Below, piece by piece: positions 19,921 through 30,423 of a stretch of 64,000 nt of DNA (position 1 is the stretch's first letter; each line of letters begins with the position of its first letter). The notes beneath the pieces were generated by a model. That model was given only the letters and a program-made list of their open reading frames with translations, had not been told where the DNA came from and made no database searches. The position numbers were made by a program, and so were the translations under genes. Location of the stretch: contig CBDFJG010000003.1 in the NCBI GenBank assembly GCA_965248445.1, positions 1,747,468 through 1,811,467 on the forward strand, in the 5' to 3' direction. This stretch comes from Planctomycetota bacterium. Lineage in GTDB: Bacteria; Planctomycetota; JAJSAM01; JAJVHW01.

Positions 19921-21003
19921 ATGACGATGGAAGAACTTCTGCGCCAGATGGTGGCCGCCGGCGCGTCCGACGTGCACATCAAGGCCGGCTCGCCTCCGGG
20001 ATACCGCATCGACGGCAACTTGGTGCCTCAGACACAGATCGGCTACCTGACCCCGGACCACACGTGGGCACTCGCGCAGCAGATGCTCAACGACGAACAG
20101 ATCGGGCGGTTCACGAAAGACCGCGACATCGACCTCTCGTACTCGGTGAAGGACTGCGCGCGGTTTCGCGTGAACGTGCTGGTGCAGCGCGACTCGGTCG
20201 CAATGGTCATTCGCCAGATCCCGGACCGCATCCCGACGGTCGAGGACCTGAAGCTGCCGCAGATCTGCATCGACCTCGCGTCGAAGCCCCGCGGACTCGT
20301 GCTGGTCACCGGTCCGACGGGAAGCGGTAAGTCGACGACGCTCGCCGCGATCATCGACTACATCAACGAGCACGAGCAGGGCCACATCCTCACGATGGAG
20401 GACCCGCTCGAGTTCGTGCACAAGGACAAGAAGTGCTTCGTCACCCAACGCCAGGTGGGACAGGACACGAAGTCGTTCCAGGAAGGCCTGCGCCGCGCGC
20501 TGCGCCAGGATCCCGATGTGATCCTGATCGGTGAGATGCGTGACCTCGAGACGATCAGCATGGCGCTCACCGCCGCGGAGACCGGGCACCTCGTGTTCGG
20601 TACGCTGCACACGACGAGTGCGATCTCGACCGTCGACCGCATCGTGGACGTGTTCGGGGCAGAGGCGCAGCAGCAGGTGCGCATCCAGCTCTCGTCCGCG
20701 CTGCAGGGCGTTATCTCACAGTGCTTGCTGCCGACTCCCGGTGGCGGGCGCGTGGCGGCGCGCGAGATCCTCGTCGCGACGGACGGCATCCGTGCGCTCA
20801 TCCGTGAGGGTAAGACGGCTCAGATGCTGAATCTGCTCCAGACCGGCAAGCAGTACGGCATGACGACACTCGAGATGGACCTCATGGACCTCGTCCGCAA
20901 GGGGACGATCACCATGGACGACGCCCTTGCCAAGGCCAACCGCCCGGGCGAACTCGAGCGGAACCTGCAATCCAAGCGCCAGCCGGCCACGAGCCGACGC
21001 TGA
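19921..21003 (+). CDS. pilT: Type IV pilus retraction ATPase
   Basis: ASDVH, GPTGSGKSTT, EDPLE, LRQDPD, GEMRD, TGHLVFGTLH. Confidence 0.95.
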   Translation: MTMEELLRQMVAAGASDVHIKAGSPPGYRIDGNLVPQTQIGYLTPDHTWALAQQMLNDEQIGRFTKDRDIDLSYSVKDCARFRVNVLVQRDSVAMVIRQIPDRIPTVEDLKLPQICIDLASKPRGLVLVTGPTGSGKSTTLAAIIDYINEHEQGHILTMEDPLEFVHKDKKCFVTQRQVGQDTKSFQEGLRRALRQDPDVILIGEMRDLETISMALTAAETGHLVFGTLHTTSAISTVDRIVDVFGAEAQQQVRIQLSSALQGVISQCLLPTPGGGRVAAREILVATDGIRALIREGKTAQMLNLLQTGKQYGMTTLEMDLMDLVRKGTITMDDALAKANRPGELERNLQSKRQPATSRR

Positions 21004-21040
21004 GATAGCCGCCCGCTGGTTCCCTGGTCAGTGCCTTGAC

Positions 21041-23917
21041 CTAGTTCGACTCGAACAGCTGGACGAACGTCCCCCAGTTCTGCTGCGCCAAGCCGCGTAG
21101 GAGAGGCTCGTCCACACCGAGTGTGCCAAACGCGATCGTGTGGACGCGCGCACGGCTGTAACGGTTCATGCTGCCGAACCACGCGAGCATGGTGGCGGGA
21201 TCGGTGATGTCGCCGACGGTGGGTGTACCGTCGGTCAGGAAGAAGATCGTGTCGGGCGTGTCTCCGAGCGCCGCGCTCTGCATCGGGTGGTCCTCGAGGT
21301 CGAGTGCCGCCGCGAGCGCGCCGTGGAAGTTCGTCTCGCCGGACGGGTGCTGACTCCGCGCGAAGGACGCTCCGGAGCGCTTGTTGCCCGCCGATGCGCG
21401 TACGAGTGTCCGGTTCCACGTCTGGACACGGCTGCCGAAGCTCAGGACGTTGAACCGTGCGGCCGTGTGCAGCTGCCCGATGCTGTGCTCGACCTCGCGG
21501 CGGCAGATCTCGTTGACCGTGACCGGCTCCTCGTCGTACTTGGCGTAGAGACGCCGGAGCGTTGTCTTGTTCGGCCGGAAGATGCGATCGGTGCTCTTGC
21601 TCGTGTCGATCACGAAAGCAACGCGCTGGCTGAACACGTCCACGCCGTAGTACTCGGGCTGCTCGTCGACGTAACGGTTGGGACGCTCGAGGTCGGGCTT
21701 CTTGACGCCCGTCGTGAATCCGCCGCGCTCGCGGATGTGCTCGGCCTCTCGCTCCCACCAGCCCTTCCACGCGCCGGGACTGCCTCCGAACTCCTCGCCG
21801 GAGATCGACTCGAGCGCGATCACGATCGCGTCGCGCACTCGGCCCGCCTCCTTCTCGAGGCGGTCGATCAGCGGCTTCACCGCCTGTTCGTCGCCGATGA
21901 CCGCGAGCGTCTGCGCGGCAGCGAGCCGGAGTTGCCAGGCGCCGTGCTCGAGGTTCCTTGCGATCGGGGGGATACCGATCGGGTTGACCTTCTCTCCATA
22001 GAGCGTGAGCGCGTCCATGGCGCCGATCCGCACCTTTGCCGAGGGCTCGGAGAGCATGGCGCGGAGGCGTGCTTGCGCGTCGAAGTCCTGCAGCGTTGCA
22101 CTGGCGATCGCGGCCTCCGCTCGGGCGAGCCAGAACGGATCTTCGTGCAGTGCACGCAGCCCCGGCTTGGCGGATCGCAGACGCAGCTCGCCGCAAACGC
22201 GCGCTGCGTACGCTCGGGCGACGCGCGCCGTGTGCGCGAGGCCTGCAGACGCGATCACTTCTCGCGCTGGGCCCTCCGCGGCGCGGCGGAGCATCTGCGC
22301 GGACGTCTCCCTGACGAGGTCACTCTGCGCGGTTCCGATGACGTCCAGCAGTTGCAGTGAGTGGTCCGCATCGGCGGGTGCGCCGAACCGGCGGATCTGC
22401 GCCGCGAGCTCATCGTGATCGAGCGTCCGATCGAGCTTCACGACCACTTCGTCGTTCTCGGCAGTCACGCGCTTGCCGTCCGGAGGACCGAAGCGGCGGC
22501 GCTTACCCAGCAGCCGCTCCACGAAGCGCTCGTGGAACTGCTCCGGTGTGACGCCGAGGTGCTTCTCGAACGACTCACGTTGGTCCTCTTCGCGGCGCAG
22601 CGCAGCGAGGAACGACCGGAACCCGTCCCGCCACTCCTCCATGCCGAGGTGGAAGTAGCCCCACGCCTGGACGTGGTCGGGGTACTCGAGCCCGCTGAGC
22701 GACGTCTTCTCGATCAGCTCACTGATCGGGGCGAAGCCGTCCTTCTGCGCACGCTTGACGAGCGCCGGCCACCAGTCCTTGCCGCTGCCCGACAGCTTGT
22801 GGTCCTCGCCCGTGCAGTAGTAGACGTTGTCGCGCAGCTTCTCCGGACGCTTGCCGAACCACTGTCCTGCGCCGACGAACGCCCACCGTGGCGTGGAACG
22901 GTTGTCGCCCTGGCGCCGTAACCAGCACGTGAAGAGGATGTGGCCGAGCATGTGGCGCTGCGCCAGGTGCATCGCGTAGTCCTCGCCGCCTCCGTGGCGG
23001 GATGCGCCGGCATTCGGCTTCATGCGCTCGAGCGGCACGCAGAAACCGTTCAGGCAGAAGCCGTCCGAGATGGAGGACTCCGAGCGCGCGCCGTAGGACG
23101 AGTAGATCATGTGCGTACCCCGGGCGCGGAAGTACGCCTCCTGCAGCGGCCGTGCAGTCGTCTCGCTCTTCGGAAAGAACATCCCCATCGGCCGCAACAG
23201 TTGAACGCGGCCGTCGAACTCCTCGCGGAACTCCTCGAACGCCTTCTCGGCGCGCTCGATCATCAGGTGCGCCCACTCGTGCGTCTGCATCCAGCGGGTG
23301 CCGCCGGAGTTCGTGCGCACCTTGATCTTGGGGATGTCGGTCACCACGTAGAAGTAGCGCGAGTAGATGATCACCGGCGTCTTCTTGAACCACTGTTTCT
23401 CGACGGCGAGCCGTTCGGCCACTCCAGTGCGGGCGTCCTTGCGAAACGGGTCCTTGGCATGCGGATCCGTGCCGTCGCTCTTCGCGCAGTTCGGGCAGTT
23501 CGCGGCTCCCGGGAACGCGCAACACTTCGCGTTCTCTAGGCACTCGCTGCACGTCAACCGCCAACTGGCTGCGTGACGCTTCAGGAGACAGTCGAGGCGC
23601 GGCGCCGCCCAGCACAGCGGGTTCCAGCCCGGAACCGGCCGAGTTCCGGCGTGCCGGCCGCGGGTCTCGCACTTGACGCAGGAGCACGGATCGTCAGCGG
23701 GAGCGGACGAGGAGTTGAGGTAGTGCCAGCACGCGCGGCGCTTCTCGCACTTGCAGAGAGGCGTCTTCTCCGAGGGCTCATCGTCGTCGGCGTGGACCGT
23801 CGGGGCGAACGCGAGCACCGCCGCGAGCAGCAGAAGCCCGCGCGCCTTCCTGCCCACCGAAGCCGTCCTGCCCACCGAAGGACTTCGGCGGCGAGGGAGC
23901 CTCGCCGGTGTTCTCAT
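21041..23917 (-). CDS. Secreted Cys-rich / HEAT-repeat / VWA-domain protein
   Basis: Signal peptide, 14-Cys N-terminal domain, HEAT repeats, FVIDTSKS and FFLTDGTPT. Confidence 0.85.
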   Translation of the reverse strand: MRTPARLPRRRSPSVGRTASVGRKARGLLLLAAVLAFAPTVHADDDEPSEKTPLCKCEKRRACWHYLNSSSAPADDPCSCVKCETRGRHAGTRPVPGWNPLCWAAPRLDCLLKRHAASWRLTCSECLENAKCCAFPGAANCPNCAKSDGTDPHAKDPFRKDARTGVAERLAVEKQWFKKTPVIIYSRYFYVVTDIPKIKVRTNSGGTRWMQTHEWAHLMIERAEKAFEEFREEFDGRVQLLRPMGMFFPKSETTARPLQEAYFRARGTHMIYSSYGARSESSISDGFCLNGFCVPLERMKPNAGASRHGGGEDYAMHLAQRHMLGHILFTCWLRRQGDNRSTPRWAFVGAGQWFGKRPEKLRDNVYYCTGEDHKLSGSGKDWWPALVKRAQKDGFAPISELIEKTSLSGLEYPDHVQAWGYFHLGMEEWRDGFRSFLAALRREEDQRESFEKHLGVTPEQFHERFVERLLGKRRRFGPPDGKRVTAENDEVVVKLDRTLDHDELAAQIRRFGAPADADHSLQLLDVIGTAQSDLVRETSAQMLRRAAEGPAREVIASAGLAHTARVARAYAARVCGELRLRSAKPGLRALHEDPFWLARAEAAIASATLQDFDAQARLRAMLSEPSAKVRIGAMDALTLYGEKVNPIGIPPIARNLEHGAWQLRLAAAQTLAVIGDEQAVKPLIDRLEKEAGRVRDAIVIALESISGEEFGGSPGAWKGWWEREAEHIRERGGFTTGVKKPDLERPNRYVDEQPEYYGVDVFSQRVAFVIDTSKSTDRIFRPNKTTLRRLYAKYDEEPVTVNEICRREVEHSIGQLHTAARFNVLSFGSRVQTWNRTLVRASAGNKRSGASFARSQHPSGETNFHGALAAALDLEDHPMQSAALGDTPDTIFFLTDGTPTVGDITDPATMLAWFGSMNRYSRARVHTIAFGTLGVDEPLLRGLAQQNWGTFVQLFESN

Positions 23918-24011
23918 CGGTCCGTCGTGTCTCACGATCCCTCGCCTGCCGCGCTGCGCCCCACGATCGTACGGCACGATGAGCGGTCGTGGTGATCGTC
24001 GCGGAACGCCG

Positions 24012-24689
24012 TCAGTTCGACGCCGTGCGCGGGCCGACGTGGCCCTCGAGCCACTGGCGCACCTCGCCAGGCTTGAAGCCGAAGGGCCCGTACCCGCCCT
24101 GGTAGGCGATGCGGCCGTCGGCGCCGACGACGTACAGACGGTCCGGCCACGCCGCGTAGGCGGTGGCGACGGCGTCGTCGACGTCGTCAACGACGACCGG
24201 GAACGAGATGTCCATTGCGTCACCGCACTGGGACGCCGCGCCCTGACGCTCCGTCAGCGTCGTTGGCTGCGAAATCGAGATGCCGGAGCCGGTGTTGTCC
24301 GGCGTGACCCACTCGTCCGAGGCGTGCGCTTCGCGGATGTAGACCATCAGGAACTCGGCACCGCCGCCGTACTCAGCGCGCATCAGTTCGAGGTCACCGA
24401 CCCCGTTGCGAAACGGTCCTCAGGTGTACGACCCGAACACGAGCACCACGGGCTTGCCCCGCAGATCGGAGAGGGTGACCTCCGAACGCGCATCTTCCGT
24501 CCGCAGCGTGAAGTCCGGTGCCGCGTCTCCGACGGCGACGTCGGTCTTTACGAAGTGAATGTGTGCGGGGTCGATCTGCGGCGGGATGTCCGGCGGTCCG
24601 TCCATGGTGCCTCCACGCGATGCGCAGGCGGCGAGCGCCAGCGCGAGGAACGGGAGCAGAGTGACAGGTCGGTGTGACCGTCGTCTCAA
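24012..24689 (-). CDS. Deiodinase-like (peroxiredoxin-fold) lipoprotein, selenoprotein (TGA 24422-24420)
   Basis: Same-frame ORFs join as KPVVLVFGSYT-U-GPFR...VYIREAHASDEW...YAAWPDRLYVV; lipobox LAAC; GGAGG before TTG 24689. Confidence 0.9.
24389..24405 (-). promoter_or_regulatory. Bacterial SECIS-like hairpin
   Basis: CGGGGTC-GGT-GACCTCG, 7-bp stem, loop starts 22 nt after UGA. Confidence 0.72.
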
Positions 24690-24847
24690 GGCCGCCTCCG
24701 TGTTGGGATGGCCAGCAGCATAGCCGAGTCCGCAGCCGCCGAAGAGCGGTGCCTTTCCCCGGCGATCTGGGCGTAGGATGCCGCGCTCGCAGTCCAGACG
24801 GGTCGCCGGTGGGCCCGACCAGTGCCGCGCACGCGGAGGGAGAGCTG

Positions 24848-26098
24848 ATGTCCCACACGAATCCGTTCGAGATGGCACAGGCGCAGTTCGACGAGGCGGC
24901 TGAGCACCTCGAGTTGGAAGATGCAATGCGCCAGTTCCTGCGCTGGCCCCAGCGTGAACTGCAAGTTCGCCTTCCCGTGCGCATGGACGACGGTTCTCTG
25001 CGCGTGTTCACGGGATATCGCGTGCAGTACAACTCCGCGCGCGGGCCGACCAAGGGCGGACTGCGGTGGCACCCCGACGAGACCATCGACACGGTCCGCG
25101 CTCTCGCGGCGTGGATGACATGGAAGACGTCGGTCGTGAACATCCCGCTCGGCGGCGCCAAGGGCGGCATCACGTGCAACCCCAAGGAACTGTCGAACAG
25201 TGAGCAAGAGCGCCTGGCGCGCGCCTATATCCGCGCAGTGGGCGGGATCCTGGGCGTCACGAAGGACGTACCGGCGCCGGACGTCTACACGAACCCGCAG
25301 ATCATGGCGTGGATGATGGACGAGTTCGAGGCCATCACCGGCAGCTCGCACCCCGGTGTGATCACCGGCAAGCCGCTCCACCTAGGTGGATCGCAGGGCC
25401 GCGAGGACGCGACCGCCCGTGGCGGCGTGTTCTGCGTGCGCGAGGCGGGCAAGATCCTCAAGACCGACTGGGAGAACGCGACCTACGCGATTCAGGGATT
25501 TGGGAACGCAGGCCAATTCGCCGCGTCACTGCACCGCGAGATCCTCGGCAGGTCCAAGCTGGTGGCGGCGAGCGACAGTCGCGGCGGCGTGCATTGCTCC
25601 GCGGGCATGGACCCCCAGGCGCTGATCGCGCACAAACGCAACACGGGCCGTGTCGAGGGGTTCCCCGGATCCGAGCCGATCACGAACGAGGAGTTGCTCG
25701 AGTTGGATGTCGACGTGCTCTACCCGTCGGCGCTCGAGAACGTCATCACGGGAGAGAACGCCGAGCTCATCCGCGCCACCATCGTGTGCGAACTCGCCAA
25801 CGGGCCGACAACGCCCGAGGCGGACAACATCCTGTACGAGAAGCGGGTCCACGTGCTCCCGGACTTCATGGCGAACGCCGGCGGCGTCACCGTGAGCTAC
25901 TTCGAGCAGGTGCAGAACACATACAACTACTACTGGACGAAGGACATGATCCACGACCGCCTGGACGAGACCATGACCCGTGCCTTCCACTCGGTGCGCA
26001 ACATGATGAAAGAGCGGCGCGTGCACGGCCGGCTAGCCGCGTACTGCGTCGGCGTCCAGCGCGTCGCAGACGCGGTGAAGGGAAGAGGGTGGGTCTAA
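24848..26098 (+). CDS. Glu/Leu/Phe/Val dehydrogenase (glutamate dehydrogenase)
   Basis: GPTKGGLR, GGAKGG, DVPAPD, QGFGNAG, ELANGP. Confidence 0.95.
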   Translation: MSHTNPFEMAQAQFDEAAEHLELEDAMRQFLRWPQRELQVRLPVRMDDGSLRVFTGYRVQYNSARGPTKGGLRWHPDETIDTVRALAAWMTWKTSVVNIPLGGAKGGITCNPKELSNSEQERLARAYIRAVGGILGVTKDVPAPDVYTNPQIMAWMMDEFEAITGSSHPGVITGKPLHLGGSQGREDATARGGVFCVREAGKILKTDWENATYAIQGFGNAGQFAASLHREILGRSKLVAASDSRGGVHCSAGMDPQALIAHKRNTGRVEGFPGSEPITNEELLELDVDVLYPSALENVITGENAELIRATIVCELANGPTTPEADNILYEKRVHVLPDFMANAGGVTVSYFEQVQNTYNYYWTKDMIHDRLDETMTRAFHSVRNMMKERRVHGRLAAYCVGVQRVADAVKGRGWV

Positions 26099-26122
26099 GG
26101 GCCTGACAGCGCGACGGGTCGG

Positions 26123-27142
<1,020 letters not shown>

Positions 27143-27219
27143 GGCGTCAGGGTAAGCGGGCGCCCGTCCACGGCCTCGGGACGCCGGATGGGATACCGTG
27201 CTTGCACCGGGAGGGGAGA

Positions 27220-27621
27220 GTGAACGACAGGTCGTCCGCCGTGTTCGAACTCGACGTACTGGGCGGCGAGTACGCCGTGTGCCGGTTCGAGGCGGACACG
27301 CCCTCAGCGCGTCTCCCGGCTCCGGGCGCGGATCTGCTCTGCTGCGTCCGCACGCGTGACGAGGTGTCGGTGGCGCTCCCCGCCGCGGAGGTGAGACCCG
27401 GCTGGACGGCAAACGGGGGATGGCGGGCGCTGCGGGTCCGCGGGCCGCTCGACTTCGCTCTCACGGGCGTGCTGGCGTCACTGCTCGTGCCGCTCGCCGA
27501 TGCGGGTGTCTCCGTGTTGGTCCTGTCGACGTACGACACGGACTGGGTGCTCGTGGGCGGGGAGACGCTACCCGCGGCCGTCGGCGCGCTGCGCGCCGCC
27601 GGCCACACGGTTCACCACTGA
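27220..27621 (+). CDS. ACT-domain protein
   Basis: WRALRVRGPLDFALTGVLA...STYDTDWVLV. Confidence 0.88.
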   Translation: MNDRSSAVFELDVLGGEYAVCRFEADTPSARLPAPGADLLCCVRTRDEVSVALPAAEVRPGWTANGGWRALRVRGPLDFALTGVLASLLVPLADAGVSVLVLSTYDTDWVLVGGETLPAAVGALRAAGHTVHH

Positions 27622-28988
27622 CCGACGAGAGCCGCGGCCCTGCGGGCCGTGTTGCGCACCACCTCAGAGAGCGATGGGTGGATGTGGATGATGTCCGTCA
27701 GCGAGTCGATTCGGTTGCGCCACTTCATCACGGGGATCACCTCGTGGATGAGCACCGACGCGTGCTCTCCGACGACGTGGAATCCCAGGATCTCGCCGCT
27801 CGGCGCGACGAGGAACTTGCAGAGGCCGTGCTCCTCCTTGATCGCGCGGCCCTTGGCGGCCGTCGTGTAGGGCAACGCCGCGGCGTGGTACTCGGTCCCG
27901 GCGGCACGGAGCTCTTGCTCCGTCGCACCGACGCCGGCGATCTCCGGCGACGAGAACACCGCATGCGGCATGGGGCCGTAGTCCAGGTCGCCGCCTTGCG
28001 CCCGTAGCAGGAACTTCTCGAGGTGCTGTGCCTCGAGCGCGGCGGAGTGCGTGAACTGGTGGCCGCCGATGACGTCGCCGATGGCGTACACGCCCTCTGC
28101 AGACGTGACGAAGGCGGCGCTGGTGCGGATGAAACCCGCCTCGTCGGTGTCGACTCCTGCCGCCTCGAGCCCGATGTCACCGGTGTTCGGCACGCGGCCG
28201 ACGGCCATCAGCAGCGCCTCGCAGCTGAGTTCGCGGGTGCTACCGCCGGCCTCTTCGATGCGCACACTGAACTGCGAGCCGTCGTGGGAGACGGACGAGA
28301 CGTTGCACGAGAGGATCGTGTTCACGCGCGCCGTGAACCCCTCTTTGAAGACAGCCCGAATCTGCTCGTCCTCTCGAGCGAGCAGTGTGTCGGTCCGATT
28401 CAGCACGGTGGTCTCGACTCCCACGCCGTCGAAAAAGTGCGCGAGTTCGCAGCCGATGTACCCGCCGCCCACGATGACGATCGAGCGGGGCAGGTCCTCC
28501 ATCTCGAACACGTCGCGGCTTGTCCAGTAGGGCGTGCCCGCGAGGCCGGGTGCGTCCACCAGTCGCGGTCGCCCGCCGGTGGCGATCACGACCCGTTCGC
28601 CACGCATCTGGACGCCATCGGCCTCGAGCGTCCGTTCACCCACGAAGCGGCCGCGGGCGCGATAAAGATCCACGTTCTCGTTCAGCGCGCCTGCGATCTT
28701 CCCGTCCGTCTTGCGCGTGGCACCGAACGTCTCCGCGAGCAGCGCGCGGCCGTCGATGGGGCCGAGCTCGGCCGAGATGTGAAACCTCCCGGCGTCCCGC
28801 ACTGCATTCGCGCGGTCCGCATAGCCGATGAGCAGCTTCGACGGGATGCACCCGCGATTCGGGCAGGTGCCGCCGAGAGGTCCCTCCTCGATCACCGCGG
28901 TGCGTAGCCCTTGCTTGCCGGCTGCGATCGCGATCGTCACCGAATTGCCGCCGCCCAGGATGACGAGGTCGTACTGCTTGGGGGTCAT
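27612..28988 (-). CDS. Flavoprotein disulfide reductase (dihydrolipoyl dehydrogenase / mycothione reductase-like)
   Basis: GGTCPNRGCIPSK, GGGYIG, HPSLSE. Confidence 0.92.
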   Translation of the reverse strand: MTPKQYDLVILGGGNSVTIAIAAGKQGLRTAVIEEGPLGGTCPNRGCIPSKLLIGYADRANAVRDAGRFHISAELGPIDGRALLAETFGATRKTDGKIAGALNENVDLYRARGRFVGERTLEADGVQMRGERVVIATGGRPRLVDAPGLAGTPYWTSRDVFEMEDLPRSIVIVGGGYIGCELAHFFDGVGVETTVLNRTDTLLAREDEQIRAVFKEGFTARVNTILSCNVSSVSHDGSQFSVRIEEAGGSTRELSCEALLMAVGRVPNTGDIGLEAAGVDTDEAGFIRTSAAFVTSAEGVYAIGDVIGGHQFTHSAALEAQHLEKFLLRAQGGDLDYGPMPHAVFSSPEIAGVGATEQELRAAGTEYHAAALPYTTAAKGRAIKEEHGLCKFLVAPSGEILGFHVVGEHASVLIHEVIPVMKWRNRIDSLTDIIHIHPSLSEVVRNTARRAAALVGQW

Positions 28989-29013
28989 GGCGTCTCGTCT
29001 ACCGGCCGTACGA

Positions 29014-30360
29014 CTACTTGTCGAGCTTGACGGTGACCTTCAGCTTCTTGCTGCCGCGGTAGAAGCGCAGCGTGATCTTCTTCTTCGCGCGCTGCATGGC
29101 TTCTTCGACGGCGCCGACCGGGTCTCCTTCGGGGAGCGCGCGGCCGCCGCAACTGACGATGAAGTCGCCGGCCCTGAGCTTGGCGTCCTCGGCGGCGCTG
29201 TCCTCCATCACGCGCTGAACGAGCGCGGCACCCTCGCCGTCACCCAGCTTGACGCGCTTGGGCAGCGACTCCTTGGGGACGAGGTCGAGGATCGCGCCCA
29301 GCGGTCCGGCCGACGCGTTCGGGTCCATCTTGACGAAGCGCGGCCGCGCGGCGCGGGAGGCGATCTCCCAGGCCGTCACGTAGGCGTGCAGCGCGGCCCG
29401 CGAGACCTTGCCGGTGTTGATGCGCTTCGCCTCGTCGGACGTCGCGTGGTAGTCGCTGTGCAGGCCACTCGTCCAGAACAGGCAGGGGACGTTCTTCTCG
29501 TAGAAGTTCACCTGGTCGCTGCGCAGGAAGATGGAGCCCGTCTTCGCGATGAACTTGAACTTGCTGATCTTCGCGGCCTTGGCGTGCGCGGAGTCGAGGT
29601 CCGGCGACGACGCGTTCCCGTAGACGTGCATCTCCTTCGAGTCGTTGCGCCCGACCATGTCGATGTTCAGGTCGCAGACGACGTCCTTGAAGGGCACCGT
29701 GGGGTTGTTGCACCAGTACTTGCTGCCCAGCAGCCCGCGCTCTTCGGCAGTGCACCAGATGAACAGGATGCTGCGGCGCGGGCGGGGCGCGTCCTCTTCG
29801 GCGAACGCCCGGGCGGTCTGCAAGAGTGCGGACGTGCCGCTTCCGTTGTCGTCGGCGCCGAAGTAGTACTTCCGCTTGCTCTTGCGGCCCACGTGGTCGT
29901 AGTGCGCCGTCAGGACGACGTACTCGTTCTTCAGCGTCTCGTCGCTCCCGCGGACGACCGCGCACACGTTGAACGTGGGGGACTCACCACCGGTGGGGTT
30001 CATCGACTGACCCTGGCCTCCGAACGGCATCATCGTGACGTTGAACGTCTGCTTGTAGGTGCCGTTCTCGCCGGCCGGCTCGAGACCCCACTCCTTGACG
30101 TGCTCGATGATGTACTCGCCCGCGAGGTCGCAGCCCTCGGTGCCCGACGCCCGCCCGGCCATCTTCTTGCTCGCCAGCTTGTAGACGTGGCTCTTGACCT
30201 CGGCGCCCTTGAACGACTTGACGACGTCCTTCGGCGGCTCGGCCACTTCCGCGGCGGTGGGGGCGTCCGTCGTCGTCCCGCTTCCGTCCTGCCCGCGGGC
30301 CGGACCGACGCTGACCGCCAGCAAGACGATGAGGGCACTGGCGGGGAGGAGGGTGCGCAT
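29014..30360 (-). CDS. M28 peptidase with C-terminal PDZ domain
   Basis: AHYDH, GADDNGSG, AEERGLLGS, NIDMVGR, DYH; signal peptide. Confidence 0.92.
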   Translation of the reverse strand: MRTLLPASALIVLLAVSVGPARGQDGSGTTTDAPTAAEVAEPPKDVVKSFKGAEVKSHVYKLASKKMAGRASGTEGCDLAGEYIIEHVKEWGLEPAGENGTYKQTFNVTMMPFGGQGQSMNPTGGESPTFNVCAVVRGSDETLKNEYVVLTAHYDHVGRKSKRKYYFGADDNGSGTSALLQTARAFAEEDAPRPRRSILFIWCTAEERGLLGSKYWCNNPTVPFKDVVCDLNIDMVGRNDSKEMHVYGNASSPDLDSAHAKAAKISKFKFIAKTGSIFLRSDQVNFYEKNVPCLFWTSGLHSDYHATSDEAKRINTGKVSRAALHAYVTAWEIASRAARPRFVKMDPNASAGPLGAILDLVPKESLPKRVKLGDGEGAALVQRVMEDSAAEDAKLRAGDFIVSCGGRALPEGDPVGAVEEAMQRAKKKITLRFYRGSKKLKVTVKLDK

Positions 30361-30423
30361 GGACGGTCGGATTGTACGCGCCGCCGCGGAGAGCCCGCGA
30401 AGCCGCTCCGGTACGATGTCGGT

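Noticed and set aside
28828..30423. N-terminal half of the 1017-aa ORF
   Set aside because: Overlaps the M28 peptidase antisense; real start is probably 30424
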